Positions 12,039 through 24,170 of a stretch of DNA of 64,000 nt are shown one piece after another. The notes beneath the pieces are model-generated. The model had not been told where the DNA came from and did not search any database. It was given only the letters and a program-made list of their open reading frames with translations. The stretch's first letter is position 1; each line of letters opens with the position of its first letter. Origin of the DNA: Thalia democratica (taxonomy: Eukaryota); NCBI GenBank assembly GCA_965202585.1, contig OZ241832.1, forward strand, positions 6,262,001 to 6,326,000. The letters run 5' to 3'. The translations under genes were made by a program, and so were the position numbers.

Positions 12039-15000
12039 AATTAAATGAAATTAGTTCAGCCATCAACCTCGTTAGTCACCTATTGTTTTACATATACATA
12101 GAAAACAGTTCATAGATCTAACTGATGTACTTCTTAATGACAGAAAATGAACCAAATAAAATGATTACTATCAAATACAGGTTCTTTAAATGTTTACATG
12201 GACAAATCTATTTATATGATTGAACTGTGTTCTAAATACATTCAAACAATAGCCGCTTAACTTGCTTGTGTAAATTAACTTTACTTGGTAATCTTTTCAA
12301 AACAGTATAAAATTTAATTAATCAAAAATAAGTATGCACTTGAGATTTAGATATTCTTGTCAAAAATTGTATTTAAATTGTCACACACTCTTTATAGCTT
12401 TATTTAAATTCAATTTTATACTGTTCCTACTACAAGATATCATACTATTGTATTTTTCATAATAACTTGACTATTTAACAAACAGTTATCTCTTTACCTA
12501 TTAAAAACATATGCTTTTTATGCACTGTTACTAGAACTACTCACTGGTGTATTTTATTAACTTTATATTTTTACTAATAGACTTGAAATTAGACTGTCTA
12601 GTGCATTAATCATTGAACTCAGACAGCTTATTAAGTTTACATATAAACTAAAGGTGTTTACTATTTTGAATTCATCAATACATTGTTACAAACTAAAACA
12701 ATCAAACCATACTACTTTATGTGACTGATTTTCCTGTTGTTCATTTCAAAATTTGTTTCAAAACTACCTGCATCTTAAATACTCTGCAGATAACATCATT
12801 TAAAACTTTTATACTATTCCCAAAATTTAGTCTTAACACAAGTACATTGAGTTTTTAACCATATTTAATGTTGTTTCATTAGCATTAAACCTTTTAATTT
12901 TCTAACAAATGATCTATCTTTGACACATACATAGAAAACAGTACAGCAAGTTTTTGATTAAAGCTTGTTAGTGCACTTATATGAACAAAAGAAATTTTTG
13001 ATAGATAAAAGACTAGAAAGAAGTTAGTGATAGAAGAACAGAAAAATTTTAAACAAAAGTAAACTTCATACACATATGAGTAACAACCTTTAAATTTTGC
13101 TTGCTGTGAACTGCTTTGTAAGTATATATGAATGCAAACTTAAAATTTGGAACATTTTTCCATTTTCCTTTACTAAAAAACCTATTCCTGATATGGTTTA
13201 ATTGGTTTCTTTTGTAAACAATTCAATAAAACAGTTAGCTTTTGAAACTTATAGAGAAGTACTACAATTTTGTTTTAAAATCGCTATTGCTACTTATCTT
13301 ACATGCACATTTTAAAATGTACTTCTTATTGCAATTGATTAATCTAAAAATTTGTAAACTACATTAATACAATCTGAATTTAAATTCTATGCTGTAAATA
13401 AACTTCTACACTTAGCTTGCTGTCTATATGGGCTTCATTTATGAATATAATACATCTTTAAACAATCTTATAAAATTAAACACAAGTGTTGCTACTTATT
13501 AATGATCTTATTCACATTTGAGTCTAATTTAAGTTTACTGTTAAGGTAGCCTATTAATTTTAGGAGTACAATGATATGTTTATGATATTTAACATTTGGT
13601 CATTATAAACCAAGGTTACCAATCTTTGAATAGAAAATGCTTGTCTGAATTATTTGTGTAAAATTTAAAAAAAAAGTGTTAACATATAAAAGCTTAACAA
13701 GTTTGAAGTTATTCAGGCCAGAGTACTCAAAGACTTACAATGCTAACAAAAGGTCTCAATTAACATACAAAAATTTAATGACAACAAAGGGTTTAAAATT
13801 TACTTATTTTTACTACTGAACACCTAACTAGTCTGATTGGTAACCTTGGCGAAAACAATTAGTTAATTCTAGGAGTAATTTTATCTAATACATCAAACTA
13901 ACCTCAACAACTGCTACTGTAGTAGGTACTCCCCATCCAATTGGATCCATGTTCAAAATAGTGTAATCCATTTATAAAACTTAACATGAAGGAAAAAGTC
14001 ACAGTTACAACTTATAAAGACACAACCTTTGAAACAAACTGAGAAGTTTTAAGACTTTGCAAAGGCTTAGAAAAATTTTATTTTTGCTCAGCTTACTTTA
14101 CAATGATGTTTCAATCTTAACTTTTGGCAAAATTATACAGATTGCAAGAGATGCTAGTTTTTAAAGCCTCTTGGTTTCATTCTAGCATCATGTAAGTGCA
14201 TTCAGACTAATTGACTTTTCTGAACATGACATGCTAGTTTGTAGTAAAAATTTTCACAAATTTTAGACTAAAGATTGTTTTTGTGACTAAGATTGTTTCA
14301 TTCGTATGCTTAATGAAAAATAAGAATATAAAATTAAGAGCTTTGTCAAAGGTTTTGCAAAAGATAAATAAAATTTATTATCAACAAACACTTCAAAGAC
14401 TGTTGATTCTTAACTAGATCAACACACTTCTTAAAATTAATCAGTAAGTATAAAGAAATTAATGTTTTAGAAGATAAAATGAAAAACAACCATCAATTAT
14501 AAGATTTGTATTAAACAATATTGACAGTTAATAGATGAAGTACTTTGTTTAGTGTACTCAAACTGCACAATGAAAGAAAGAAAGAAAAGTTAAGTCCAGA
14601 GCCTAGAGCTCCTTCTTCTACAACTACTTTTATCAAATGAGTTTGCCCAGGCAAAAATTTTTTCTACAAAATGCTATCTTGTTGTGATGTCACATTAAAA
14701 TGTAAGATTTTCTAGAATTCTTAAAAAACTACAAATCGAAACACTATCTGAGCATAGCAGAGCGATTTTTGACATTTTCGAACACAAAGTATTATTTATT
14801 TGACGTAGTGCTAAACATTACAAATTTTTTCCTTTGTAAAAGCTAAAATTACTTGTTTAAATTGTTTAAACCTTATTTTAATTTGACGATTCTTTTATTT
14901 ATTCTTTTCATAGATTTTTTTCTTAAGTTTTAGTTTTTTTACCGTATAAGTGATACTTGGTTAAACATATTAGTTAGAATTGAAGTTAAAAAAATCATTA

Positions 15001-17100
15001 TGCTCATATAAACTACAATCGACAACATTTAAATAGTATATAAAACAAGTGCTTAACTCTAAATTCTACAAAACTGCTTTTAACTTATTTTAAAATTGTT
15101 TATCACTTAATAATTTGTTCAAGATGAATTATGTGTATTTTAGAAACCTTTATACATCAGCTTATAGCACTACATATAAAGCTTTGTAAACTCATTTTAG
15201 TTAAATTTTAGTTTAAAAAGTTTTGCCATGTTTGCCAAAAACTACAGAGTTTTCGTAGTCATTGATAAAACAACTTGTTCAACTTTAAATTTGAAGCAAA
15301 TAGATAAAAAACCATATTGTGCATAGTGATTGAAAGCTTAACAAAGACACTGTAATAATAACATTTATGAATGACTGAAAAAAACTTTGCTTGTATTGAT
15401 TATAGCAAAAAAATCCATATGTCACATCAAGAAAAAAAAAACAGTTTAATAATCTATGATTCCCTCTCACAAAATTGTTAGCATGTTCACTGTTTTGAAC
15501 CTTACATGTTAAATAAAAGCTGATCATGCCATTTCAATGTTTTTTTTACTATGAAATATAAAGAAATCCTTACTTAAATAATACCTTCATTCTATTAAGA
15601 TGTTTTAATTATTTTCAAATAAACAAGCAATAGGTAAGATGTCAAGTGTATTCACTGACTTGATTTCTTTTTTGTCTTAAGTACTAATTTATTACACTAG
15701 CATTAAATGTAATACTGTTTTTTTTTAATTTACTAAATAAATAATGTCACATAAATAAATGATAAGTTCCTGAAACAACTCAAACTAATGATCTCAACAT
15801 ACAACTTTGTTTTTTTACATTTGAAAACAGTATAGTCTTAAGTTAAAAATATGTTGTTACAATGAAAATATGGTCAACTGTTGTTATAATTGAACAATGA
15901 GTTTCAAGCAGCTTTAAGCCACAAGGAAGATGGTAGCAAAACTGATCAGTTTAAATTTTCCTCAAGTTAGTTAAATGTTTTATTTAACTAACAGATTAAT
16001 AATTACTAAACAAGTTTTTCAATAGACTGCTGTAAAATATTCTCATGTAGCTAGAACAAGTTATATCTTAAAGCTGTTCTATATTTGGAAAGTTTTAATT
16101 GTGTTCTTTTTTATAACTTCCAACAATAGACTAAAGTAGTAGTTGAAAAATTTGCAAAATTTAATTTTTCAAATGTTTTTATATCAAATAATTTGTTCTA
16201 AAACAGGTGTACAGTCTTGCAGATTTAACAAGCAAAAGAAAAACTAAACTTACCAAACCAAGCTATGAAAAAGAACAGCTGATCAACATCATTTAGTTTC
16301 AATGAAAACCTTATCCCAAAATAACCTTTGCAATGGTTAGTTTCAAGTATAAACCTAATAAGTTTGAAAGCTCTAAACAAAAAAGATTTAATAAAAATTT
16401 ATTCCAATGTCTTAATAGTATAACTTGAAAGTTTACTTTAAAGTTATTTCACAGAACATTACATTAACTTAAAACTACTTAAAGTTCCTTTGAAAATGTC
16501 TGTATCTCACAAACTAGTAAATGTAAATTTTTTAAATAATTTTGATTTGGTGTAAAACACATCACTGCAAAGAAAATTTTATCTTTAGACAGTACTCTTA
16601 GAAATTTTTTTAATTCAAATAAGTTTAAACTTTATACAAAGGTTATATTAGTTTCTATAAAATTCAGTATACAACTATAACCTAATCTAGTTCAACAAAA
16701 AAAAATTGCCTCAATTTTTTCTATATTTGTTGGTTATAATTAAAGTTAATTGAGTTTAGATAGTGAAACTGATTCTTTTACAAAATAACAGCTTTAAATA
16801 AACTTTTTCAAAACTAGACTAGTTTTGTGATTTATGTTAGATTTTTTTGCTAGTTCCTAAATGCATTTAACTATTTAATATTTTGTCTGTTAATTTACAT
16901 TGCATTAGACTTGGTTTTTATGCAAACCTCTTTTGCACAGTATTCAAGAAACTAAACTCAGATTTAGACTAGCTTGTAACATACATGATTTCTACAACTA
17001 TGAAATGATCAAAAAAAAAATAAATACGTTGTAAGTATATTCAAATAGGTATTTTGTACAATATCAAATGTTTAATAAAAATAAATTATAATTTGTCTTA
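12039..17100 (+). pseudogene. Heavily decayed LRR-coding region, block 2
   Basis: NQIK*LLSNT (12150-79), NHTTLCD* (12705-28, LRRCT-like), YKSLTSLKLF (13685-714), LV*L..NLGENN (13828-59), TLQRLLILN*I (14388-420), LKNLQNL (16143-63), NLISLKALN (16352-78). Confidence 0.6.
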
Positions 17101-17430
17101 AGTAGTGTGGGTAATTTCTGTTGTTTGTACTATATATTAAAAAACATTTCAATCCTACTTTTAGATGCTACTCTTGTAGAAAATAAAAGTCTGGCCATCT
17201 GATAAAAATATGTGCTAAAAAATATTTACAATCAAAACACAACAACATTTTCTGAAAGAATTCTGCAATTATTCTAAAGTTAGTTTTTGAAATACACACT
17301 TAAAGATTGTTGTTTAAAGTAAATACAAAAATACTTACTACTTTAGGAGCTTTTATAACTTCATATGTATTTTTCTTAACTTTCTTATAAATAAAAACAA
17401 AATAAAAGTCTTAATCTAGCAAATTTTCAG

Positions 17431-17582
17431 GCAACACAAATCAAGTGTGAAAGTGAATTTGAGTGGGCATGGGGAAATGCAGTCCAAGATGTTCTGTGAA
17501 CGACCATGCACTTGATTGCAGTGATGGAGTAGTGACCTACGTATCAATTCGAAAGACCAAAGCCATCTTGGAAGATTGGAAG
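17431..17582 (+). pseudogene. Orphan exon-like segment with a single 1-bp frameshift
   Basis: Acceptor ttttcag|17431 and donor AAG|gtgaac at 17582. Reads ATQIKCESEFEWAWGNAVQDVL(fs)NDHALDCSDGVVTYVSIRKTKAILEDWK; GC above background. Confidence 0.45.
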
Positions 17583-17989
17583 GTGAACTGAAGGACAAAT
17601 TATTAAATGATCAACTCAATAAATAGAGTTTGCATAATATGAACAGAACTTTTTTCATTTATTTATAAGCAGTAGGCTAGTATTTATTTTTCATCTCAGT
17701 AGGTATTTGTATGTTTTTGAGTGTTTTAATTGGATCAGTCTAGTTTATAGAAATTTTTAATATGTTTTTTTTCTCTGTTTACAGTTTGTTAGTGTATCAG
17801 TAAACAATTTCATTCAATAGTCTACATTTCATCTGTGTAAATAAAATTATAAATTTCTATATAAATTTTTGCTAGAGAAAAAGAAAGATAAATATATAAA
17901 TCATAAGCTGAAACTACTGATAAAATTTCAAACTAGTAATAGGTAGACTTATTTTATGATTACTATTGTTTTTTATTTTTTTAATTTAA

Positions 17990-18620
17990 TTTTTATTTAT
18001 TAACCATTACAAGTGTTTCTTTGTGATTGTTTATTTTGTTATTTAGTTTTAGTTAAACTCCTATTTTTAGATATTTACACAAATTTGAAAAAATAAACTG
18101 ATAGTTTTAATTGAAAGGATATATTTATTTTATACTTTTTGTTTAGTTTAGTGAAACTCTTTTGTTTTTTTTGGATACAGCTTTGTTTTGCTTTTTTATT
18201 TAATTTTTAAATATTGCAGCTTGATTTTTTTTTTAATGTTATAGCGCTCTATTTTATTGTTACTTATTTTAACAAGTTGAAATAAGTTAATAGTTGAATC
18301 CAAATTGTTAAACGAACTTTTTAAAACTTCCACTTTTTTTTTGTTCAAGCCATATAAAAGGTTATACTGTTTGCTAAAGTTATTGATAAATTTTAAAGTT
18401 AGAAACATTTCAGATTGTAACTTTACCTTCTAACGTAGAATTCAATATATACATTATGAGTGTATAATGGTAGATACGATTATATGAAACTTATTATTGA
18501 TTTGGATATTTTGTTTACAAAAATATTTAATGTTGCAAAGTTTCATAGATGTTTTCGTTTTAGAGTTTAAACTTTGACTGTAAAGTTTTTTCTTTCAGTT
18601 TTTATCTAATTATAATTTTG
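17990..18620 (-). pseudogene. Inverted decayed LRR fragment
   Basis: Minus ORF 18196-18408 contains LYGLNKKKVEVLKSSFNNL, LVKISNNKIER and KLQYLKI. Downstream, ~18000-18040 reads NKI.. and RNTCNGL. Confidence 0.5.
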
Positions 18621-19203
18621 ATTAAAGTTGGGTATGGAACTCGATGACCGAGAGGTCTTTTTTGTGTATCCAGGTCCTTTAACCAAAAAATTATAAACAG
18701 TTTTTCGTTTTGTATTTTTTTTTGTATTGAATTTTGTACCATTTATTTTTATTTTAAAATCAAACTTTACTAGGGTTTTTTGCTAACTGTAGTATGAAAT
18801 AATTTACACTTAACTACTACTTAACAACTAACTAAAACTTAAAAAAATATTTTTAATAAGTTTTAAATTATAACCAGTAAGCAGGAAAGACTTTGAAATA
18901 AAAGTTAGTATAAAAAAACATACAAATAACTTTTTTTAAATAGTTTTCATTAGAAAGTTTAAGAGCATGTTTCACACTTGTCATATTTATTTTAAATAGG
19001 TAAAAGTATCATTATAAAAATTAGTTATAGTTAGAAAAAAAAATGTTCAGTTAAGTTACAACTTAACTTAAAACACTTTATATTTTTCTACACATTTAAC
19101 CATAATTAAGTTTATGTTTATTATAAGTTTGACTAGTGTAATTATGTTACTATTACAACTTATTATTTAATTTATATTATTTTTAAGTATCTAGTTTTTA
19201 AAA

Positions 19204-19567
19204 CAAGTTGCAATATAAAACGGCAGGTCTGCTCGTAAGTACAGACTAGCCACTAGATTTTATGAATTTTTCAAAAATTTTGAAAGTACACATTTATTGG
19301 TCTATTTTAAATTCAAAATTAAGTTTAAGTTCAAATACTGTGTTTAATGCTATTTTAAATGAGTTTTTAAATGTGAAAAACTTTGAGACAAAAAATATTA
19401 TAGATTTTTTATGTCAAGTCAAAATTTTACTACTTAACATGTAATAATGTTTAAAATTCATGGTTTTTTAGTAATTTTTGTTCAAATTTTCTCAGGTTCA
19501 AGATTTTTTTTACCTAAATTAACAGAATCCAGGTTTTTCCAGGATTCAAAGTTAAGTCGCCACCTTG
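19204..19567. mobile_element. Degenerate CAGGGTTGCCA-family MITE
   Basis: Ends CAAGTTGCA / TCGCCACCTTG. Internal ACACATTTATTGGTCTATTTTAAATTCAAAATTAAGTTTAAG and TACTTAACATGTAA match 57372-57653. Confidence 0.55.
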
Positions 19568-20107
19568 TATGTATTATATTTAGTCAGGGCTTAACTAGTG
19601 TATTTGGAAGTGGTATTCATTGTTGATCATTTAACTTTATGTTAATCGAGATTTTCTCACACAACTTATTAATCAATGCTTTGCTCTGATTAACTTTCGT
19701 TCATGTTTTTATTAAGTTTACTCCAAGATAGCTTTATTCAATATATTAGTTCAAAGTTCTAACTTTTTCAAATTGCAAATTTATTTTAATTAAAAACTAC
19801 TTCAATAATGTTTAATGCGTCAGTGAAAAGTATAAGAATAATACAAGGTTCACATATACTCATTTTCATAAACTCCCCCTCGGCAACAAGTTTAAAAATG
19901 TTAAGTCTTTTACTAGTTATTTACTTTTTTAATATTCATTCAATCACCATTTAGTGTTGCCTGATGATTAAAATAAACCAAGAGGGTTATATAATGTGTT
20001 TCAGGAAACTTTGAAAAAGCTAGCGAGCTCAACGAACATTTTCATATATAAACTTTATTGTCTTATTTAACTAAACTTTGTTTTCTCTTTAACATTTAAA
20101 TCTACAG

Positions 20108-20355
20108 AAAGTGCTACCATAGACAAGGACATACTTTTGCCAAATTTAAATTTTAACGCGATTTTCTAAATAGCGTTAAGGATTTAAATATGCAAAGTTA
20201 TAATGTAATCATTGATATCAAAATCAATTTAGCAATATATCATTCGTTGAAAATCTTCAAGCTATAATATTTAACTAAAGTTTCTATGAATTTAATTGAG
20301 CGATGTTTTCCAACGATTGCTTATTTTAACAAATTTCACAGTTCATAGTTGTAAT
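20108..20355 (+). pseudogene. 'Ghost' degenerate copy of the BACK N-terminal exon start, upstream of Kelch gene A
   Basis: Acceptor-like tctacag|; AAAGTTTCTATGAATTTAATTGAGCGATGTTTTCCAACG (KVSMNLIERCFPT) matches the BACK start of genes A-C. Confidence 0.6.
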
Positions 20356-20691
20356 TTTTCCGAACCCAGAGACAGTTTTTTTATTAAGAATTTTGCTAAA
20401 CAACCAAGGTGTTCATTGCATTATAAAATATGTTTATTTGTAAGCTTTATTAAACATATTTTTGTCATCTGCCGCTAGGCAAAAGTCAAAAAATAATTGC
20501 TCCGTTATCAGACATAGCCTTTTTTAGAGAAAACTACTTATTTAATTTCCTCTTTGCTAGACAGTTATCCTGATAACAAAAACTGACGCAAAAGGGTCGT
20601 TGCCTGATAAAGCTAGAGAAATTTTTATAAGTTTGTATGTCTAGATAACATAATACTGTATTTTGAAATGTTTACATTTTAATCTTTACAG

Positions 20692-22101
20692 GAAACTTCA
20701 ATATGGACGAGAACGAACTTGAGTCGTCAATAAAACTAAACAAAATTTTGCTTAACGAAATTGAAGATAATAAAATAAAAGCATAAACTATGATGTCCAA
20801 AACCGATGTGACAAATTTTTTAGTAACATATTCCTCTTCTACTATTTTCAAGCTGTTAAATTCATCTAAAGCTTCCATGAGCCTTATAAAACGCTGTTTC
20901 CAATGATTAGTGATTCAGACAATTTTTTGGAGTTAGATTTTATCTCTATTACAATTATACTTTCACGCAGTGCTTTAAACATTGATTCAGAACTGCAAGT
21001 ATTTAATGCACTTCATAGCTGGATATGTCATGACATAACTGAACGTAGGAAGTATGCGAAACAACTTTTATCTAAGGTTCGGCTTCCGCTTCTGTCTATT
21101 CCTGCATTAAAGCAAATTTTAGACAGAGTATCATCAAATTATTATGAATGTAGTAACTTAATCGAAGCTGTATTAAACAGAAAAAAGCTGTTAAACTCAA
21201 ACATATGTAATATCACAAGCAGGTACTTCAACCAAACTAATTTTAACATATTACTGTGTGGGGGCAAAAATGTTAACCTAAATAAAGTTTCTAATGATGT
21301 TAAGTTATTTAATGCAAACAACTTTAGGGAGGTCAATTATTTGCCACACATGAAAGAAGCCAGATGCAATTTCGGAGCAGTTTGTATAAAAAGTGAAATT
21401 TATGTGTTCGGTGGCATTGATTCTTCTTTAGAACAAAAAATGTCAGTTGAAAAATACTCAATGTTACAAATACTTGAGAACAAATAATTAACATGGTAGA
21501 TGATCGCATCTTGTTTTCTGCTTGTTCTTTTATGGATAATGTTTATATCCTTGGCGGCCGTATAAATAGTGCTATAGGAATCTACAAAACAGCAACTTGT
21601 TTTCAGTTTAATGTAACTAGTCTGAAATGGAAAGACGTATTAAGAATGAACAACGCAAGAATTCTTTCAGCTTGCTCGTTATTTGAAGAAAGAATAATTG
21701 TATCTGGTGGAATGTAAAGTGATGATAGTTTAAACACTGTTGAAGCTTATGACCCTATTGGAGGTACTTGGAAAAACATGCCAAATATGATTATTGAAAG
21801 AGATGGTCACAAATCAGTTGCAGTGAAAAACAAACTTTTTGTAATTGGCGGATCTTTTGCAAACAATTGTGAAGTTTTTGATTCAACTATTAATAAGTTT
21901 ACTCTGTTAAAACAGCCTACGCTAGCTTCTGGATTTAATTTATATGACCCTTCTGGAGTGATTACAATTGGCAGTAAGATTGTTGTTTTTCAGTTTAACA
22001 GTGATGTCAAAACCTACGATACTATTAACAATGAATGGTCAAAAAAAAAATTTGAATCAACAGAAAGTATAGAATATTTTTCTTTGGTGAAATGTTTCTG
22101 A
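20692..22101 (+). pseudogene. BACK-Kelch (KLHL-like) pseudogene A
   Basis: Acceptor tttacag|20692 and likely ATG at 20703 (MDENELESSIKLNKILLNE). BACK motifs (DNFLELDF, SELQVFNALHSWI, LLSKVRLPLLS) and Kelch blades (YVFGG, YILGG, LFVIGG). Lesions: TAA 20784, -1 frameshift ~20898, -1 frameshift plus TGA ~21460-21477, TAA 21715. Confidence 0.9.
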
Positions 22102-23026
22102 AACCTTAAAGAGAACTTTTTAATAAAACTCAGTAAAAAAAAAAACGAGTACAGTTTTTTCAATCATTGATTTAATTTTGTTGATATCTACTGTTTAAAC
22201 GTGATGTAGATACTGGGTAGAATTAAAAGAAAAACAAGAAACTATTAACGTTATTTTGAAATCTTTCAAGATTTAAACTTAAATAATGTTTAAGTTATGC
22301 GAAATTTTTAGTATTTTTAAACAAATCTTCCTTAAATATTTTCTTATACAAACATTTTCTTATTTAGATAATTTATTAAATTTTAAGGTGCACTATATTA
22401 AACGATTTTTATTAAAACATAACAATTTATTCTCTACTTCAAATACGTTTTTTAAACGTAAATAATTAATTTGTTTTAGATTTTTTAGACCAACTAAGTT
22501 TTTTACAGTCAACGATTTATAAACTTTATTGGTTTTTACTAGTCATACTAGAAAAAATTTTGAAAAACACGATAAAAATACTTTTAAAAAATACTTTGCT
22601 CTAGTATTAACCTTTAACTGTAATAAGTATGTTGAATATTTATACCGACACTAAGGTTTGCTTAAATTTACAGATTATATCAAGACATATCAATCAACTA
22701 ATAACCAAAGTAAAAAATCTTTATTGAACTGTTAGTGAACTAATAACATTAATATATACTTTTAAAAAATGCAGTTTTCATCTATAAACAAGACCAGCTG
22801 CAGTCATCAAAATTTATGCAAATTCGTATGCAACAAAATCGAATGATAATGACAAGTATATATATTTTTTTGATTTTTTTTCTAAACTTACAAACACTTA
22901 AAACTAAACACATCCATCGTTTCTGGGCAGCAAATTTGACCAAGCATAACACCAAAAATAACGGTGTATAAGGAAATAATCTGACAAACGAGTTTTCAGT
23001 AGCATACTCAAACTAGTATTAAGAAA

Positions 23027-23827
23027 ATCGATATAAAAATTTGTTTAGTAACACATTTAATCATCAAATATTTTCAATCTATCAAACTCATCAAAGTTTC
23101 CATTTGAGCGCTGTTTTCCAACGGCTTCTGATTCTGAAAATTTTTTAGAGTTAGACTTTAACTCTGTTAGAAGAACACTTATAAGCAATGAATTAAACGT
23201 TGATACAGAGCTGCAAGTATTTAATGCAGCAGATAGATGGTTGTGTCATGCCTTAACTGAACGTAGAAAATACGCAAAAACTCTTTTGTCTAAAGTTCGA
23301 CTTCACCTTCTTTCAGTTCCTGCATTAGAACAAGTTTTTGAAAGAGTATCATCAAAATATCATGAATATGCTCACGTTATTAAAGCAGTTTTAGACAATA
23401 AACAACAACTAAACTCAATCAGCTGCAATATTACAATTAGGTATTGCAACCAAACTAGTTTTAACATATTAGTTTGTGGAGGAGCAAATTATTTCCTAGA
23501 TAAAGTTTTTAATGATGTTAAGTTTTTTAGTGCAAACAATTTTAGTGAATTCAGTAATTTGCCACAAATGAGAGAATGTTGAAAATCTTTTGGAGCAGTT
23601 TATATTAAAGGTGAAGTTTATGTGTTTGGTGGCGATGATGGTAAACAAGTTGAAAAGTATTCCCATTTAACCAACACTTGGGAACATGTATCTGACATGA
23701 TAGATGATCGTATGTTTTTTTTCTGTTTGTTCTTTTATAGATAGTGTATATATTATGAGCGGTCTTATGGGTGAGGCTACAGGAGGGAACGATACAGCAA
23801 CTTGTTTTGAGTTAAATACAAAAAGTC
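23027..23827 (+). pseudogene. BACK-Kelch pseudogene B (5' and 3' truncated)
   Basis: Open frame 23061-23579 (ERCFPTASDSENFLELDF...VRLHLLS...); CGA>TGA at 23580-82; +1 T in the run 23715-22; homology stops at ~23827. Confidence 0.88.
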
Positions 23828-23882
23828 CCATTTTTATGGTTTTATAAACTTATAGATTTTATAGTCATTTTAAACCTTAAAA

Positions 23883-24170
23883 ATGTCAAAAAATCTCAAA
23901 AGATTAACGCAAAACGAAGCAAAAGATGAAAAAAGTTGCTTGGAAGAGCCAAGTAGAAAGACAACAAGACTCGAACATATCACACAAAATATATTCGAGT
24001 CGCTAACAAATCCTGTCAACCAAAACAGTCCTGAATTTGTTATGTTGAACAAGAAAGCAACTTTTGAAAAGCTGAACGGCAAAGTGTTTGATAAAGTTAA
24101 AGCCTTCGAGAAGCAAGGTTTTCTATTTTTATGTTTAAACATACTTTATCTAAAATATTGTAAATTATAG
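23883..24170 (+). CDS. Orphan 95-codon ORF, possibly a first exon of unknown origin
   Basis: AAAAATG start context; charged, protein-like composition up to KVKAFEKQG; possible donor CAAG|gttttc near 24117; no recognisable domain. Confidence 0.35.
   Translation: MSKNLKRLTQNEAKDEKSCLEEPSRKTTRLEHITQNIFESLTNPVNQNSPEFVMLNKKATFEKLNGKVFDKVKAFEKQGFLFLCLNILYLKYCKL

Noticed and set aside
13903-13975. Minus-strand IGWGVPTTVAVVE|gttagt, resembling a class-B/adhesion GPCR TM4 exon
   Set aside because: There is an in-frame TAA just upstream, no other TM segments were found, and the plus strand here reads as LRR (NLGENN, KLTS). Likely coincidence.
19590-19760. Possible decayed 3' end of another Kelch gene
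   Set aside because: Similarity to gene A's last blade is too weak to support by eye.
4194-20478. Short ORFs 4194(-), 8060(-), 8814(-), 15285(-), 17416(-), 19262(+), 20296(+), and 55084, 55758, 57189, 58096, 58778, 62105 in unit 3
   Set aside because: Low-complexity F/L/I/K/N content expected in AT-rich DNA, often with alternative starts; they are antisense to relics or lie inside MITEs.
20504-20609. Imperfect ~20-bp inverted repeat (TTATCAGAC...GCCTGATAA) in the intron before gene A
   Set aside because: Probably an old MITE, but the ends and TSD cannot be defined.
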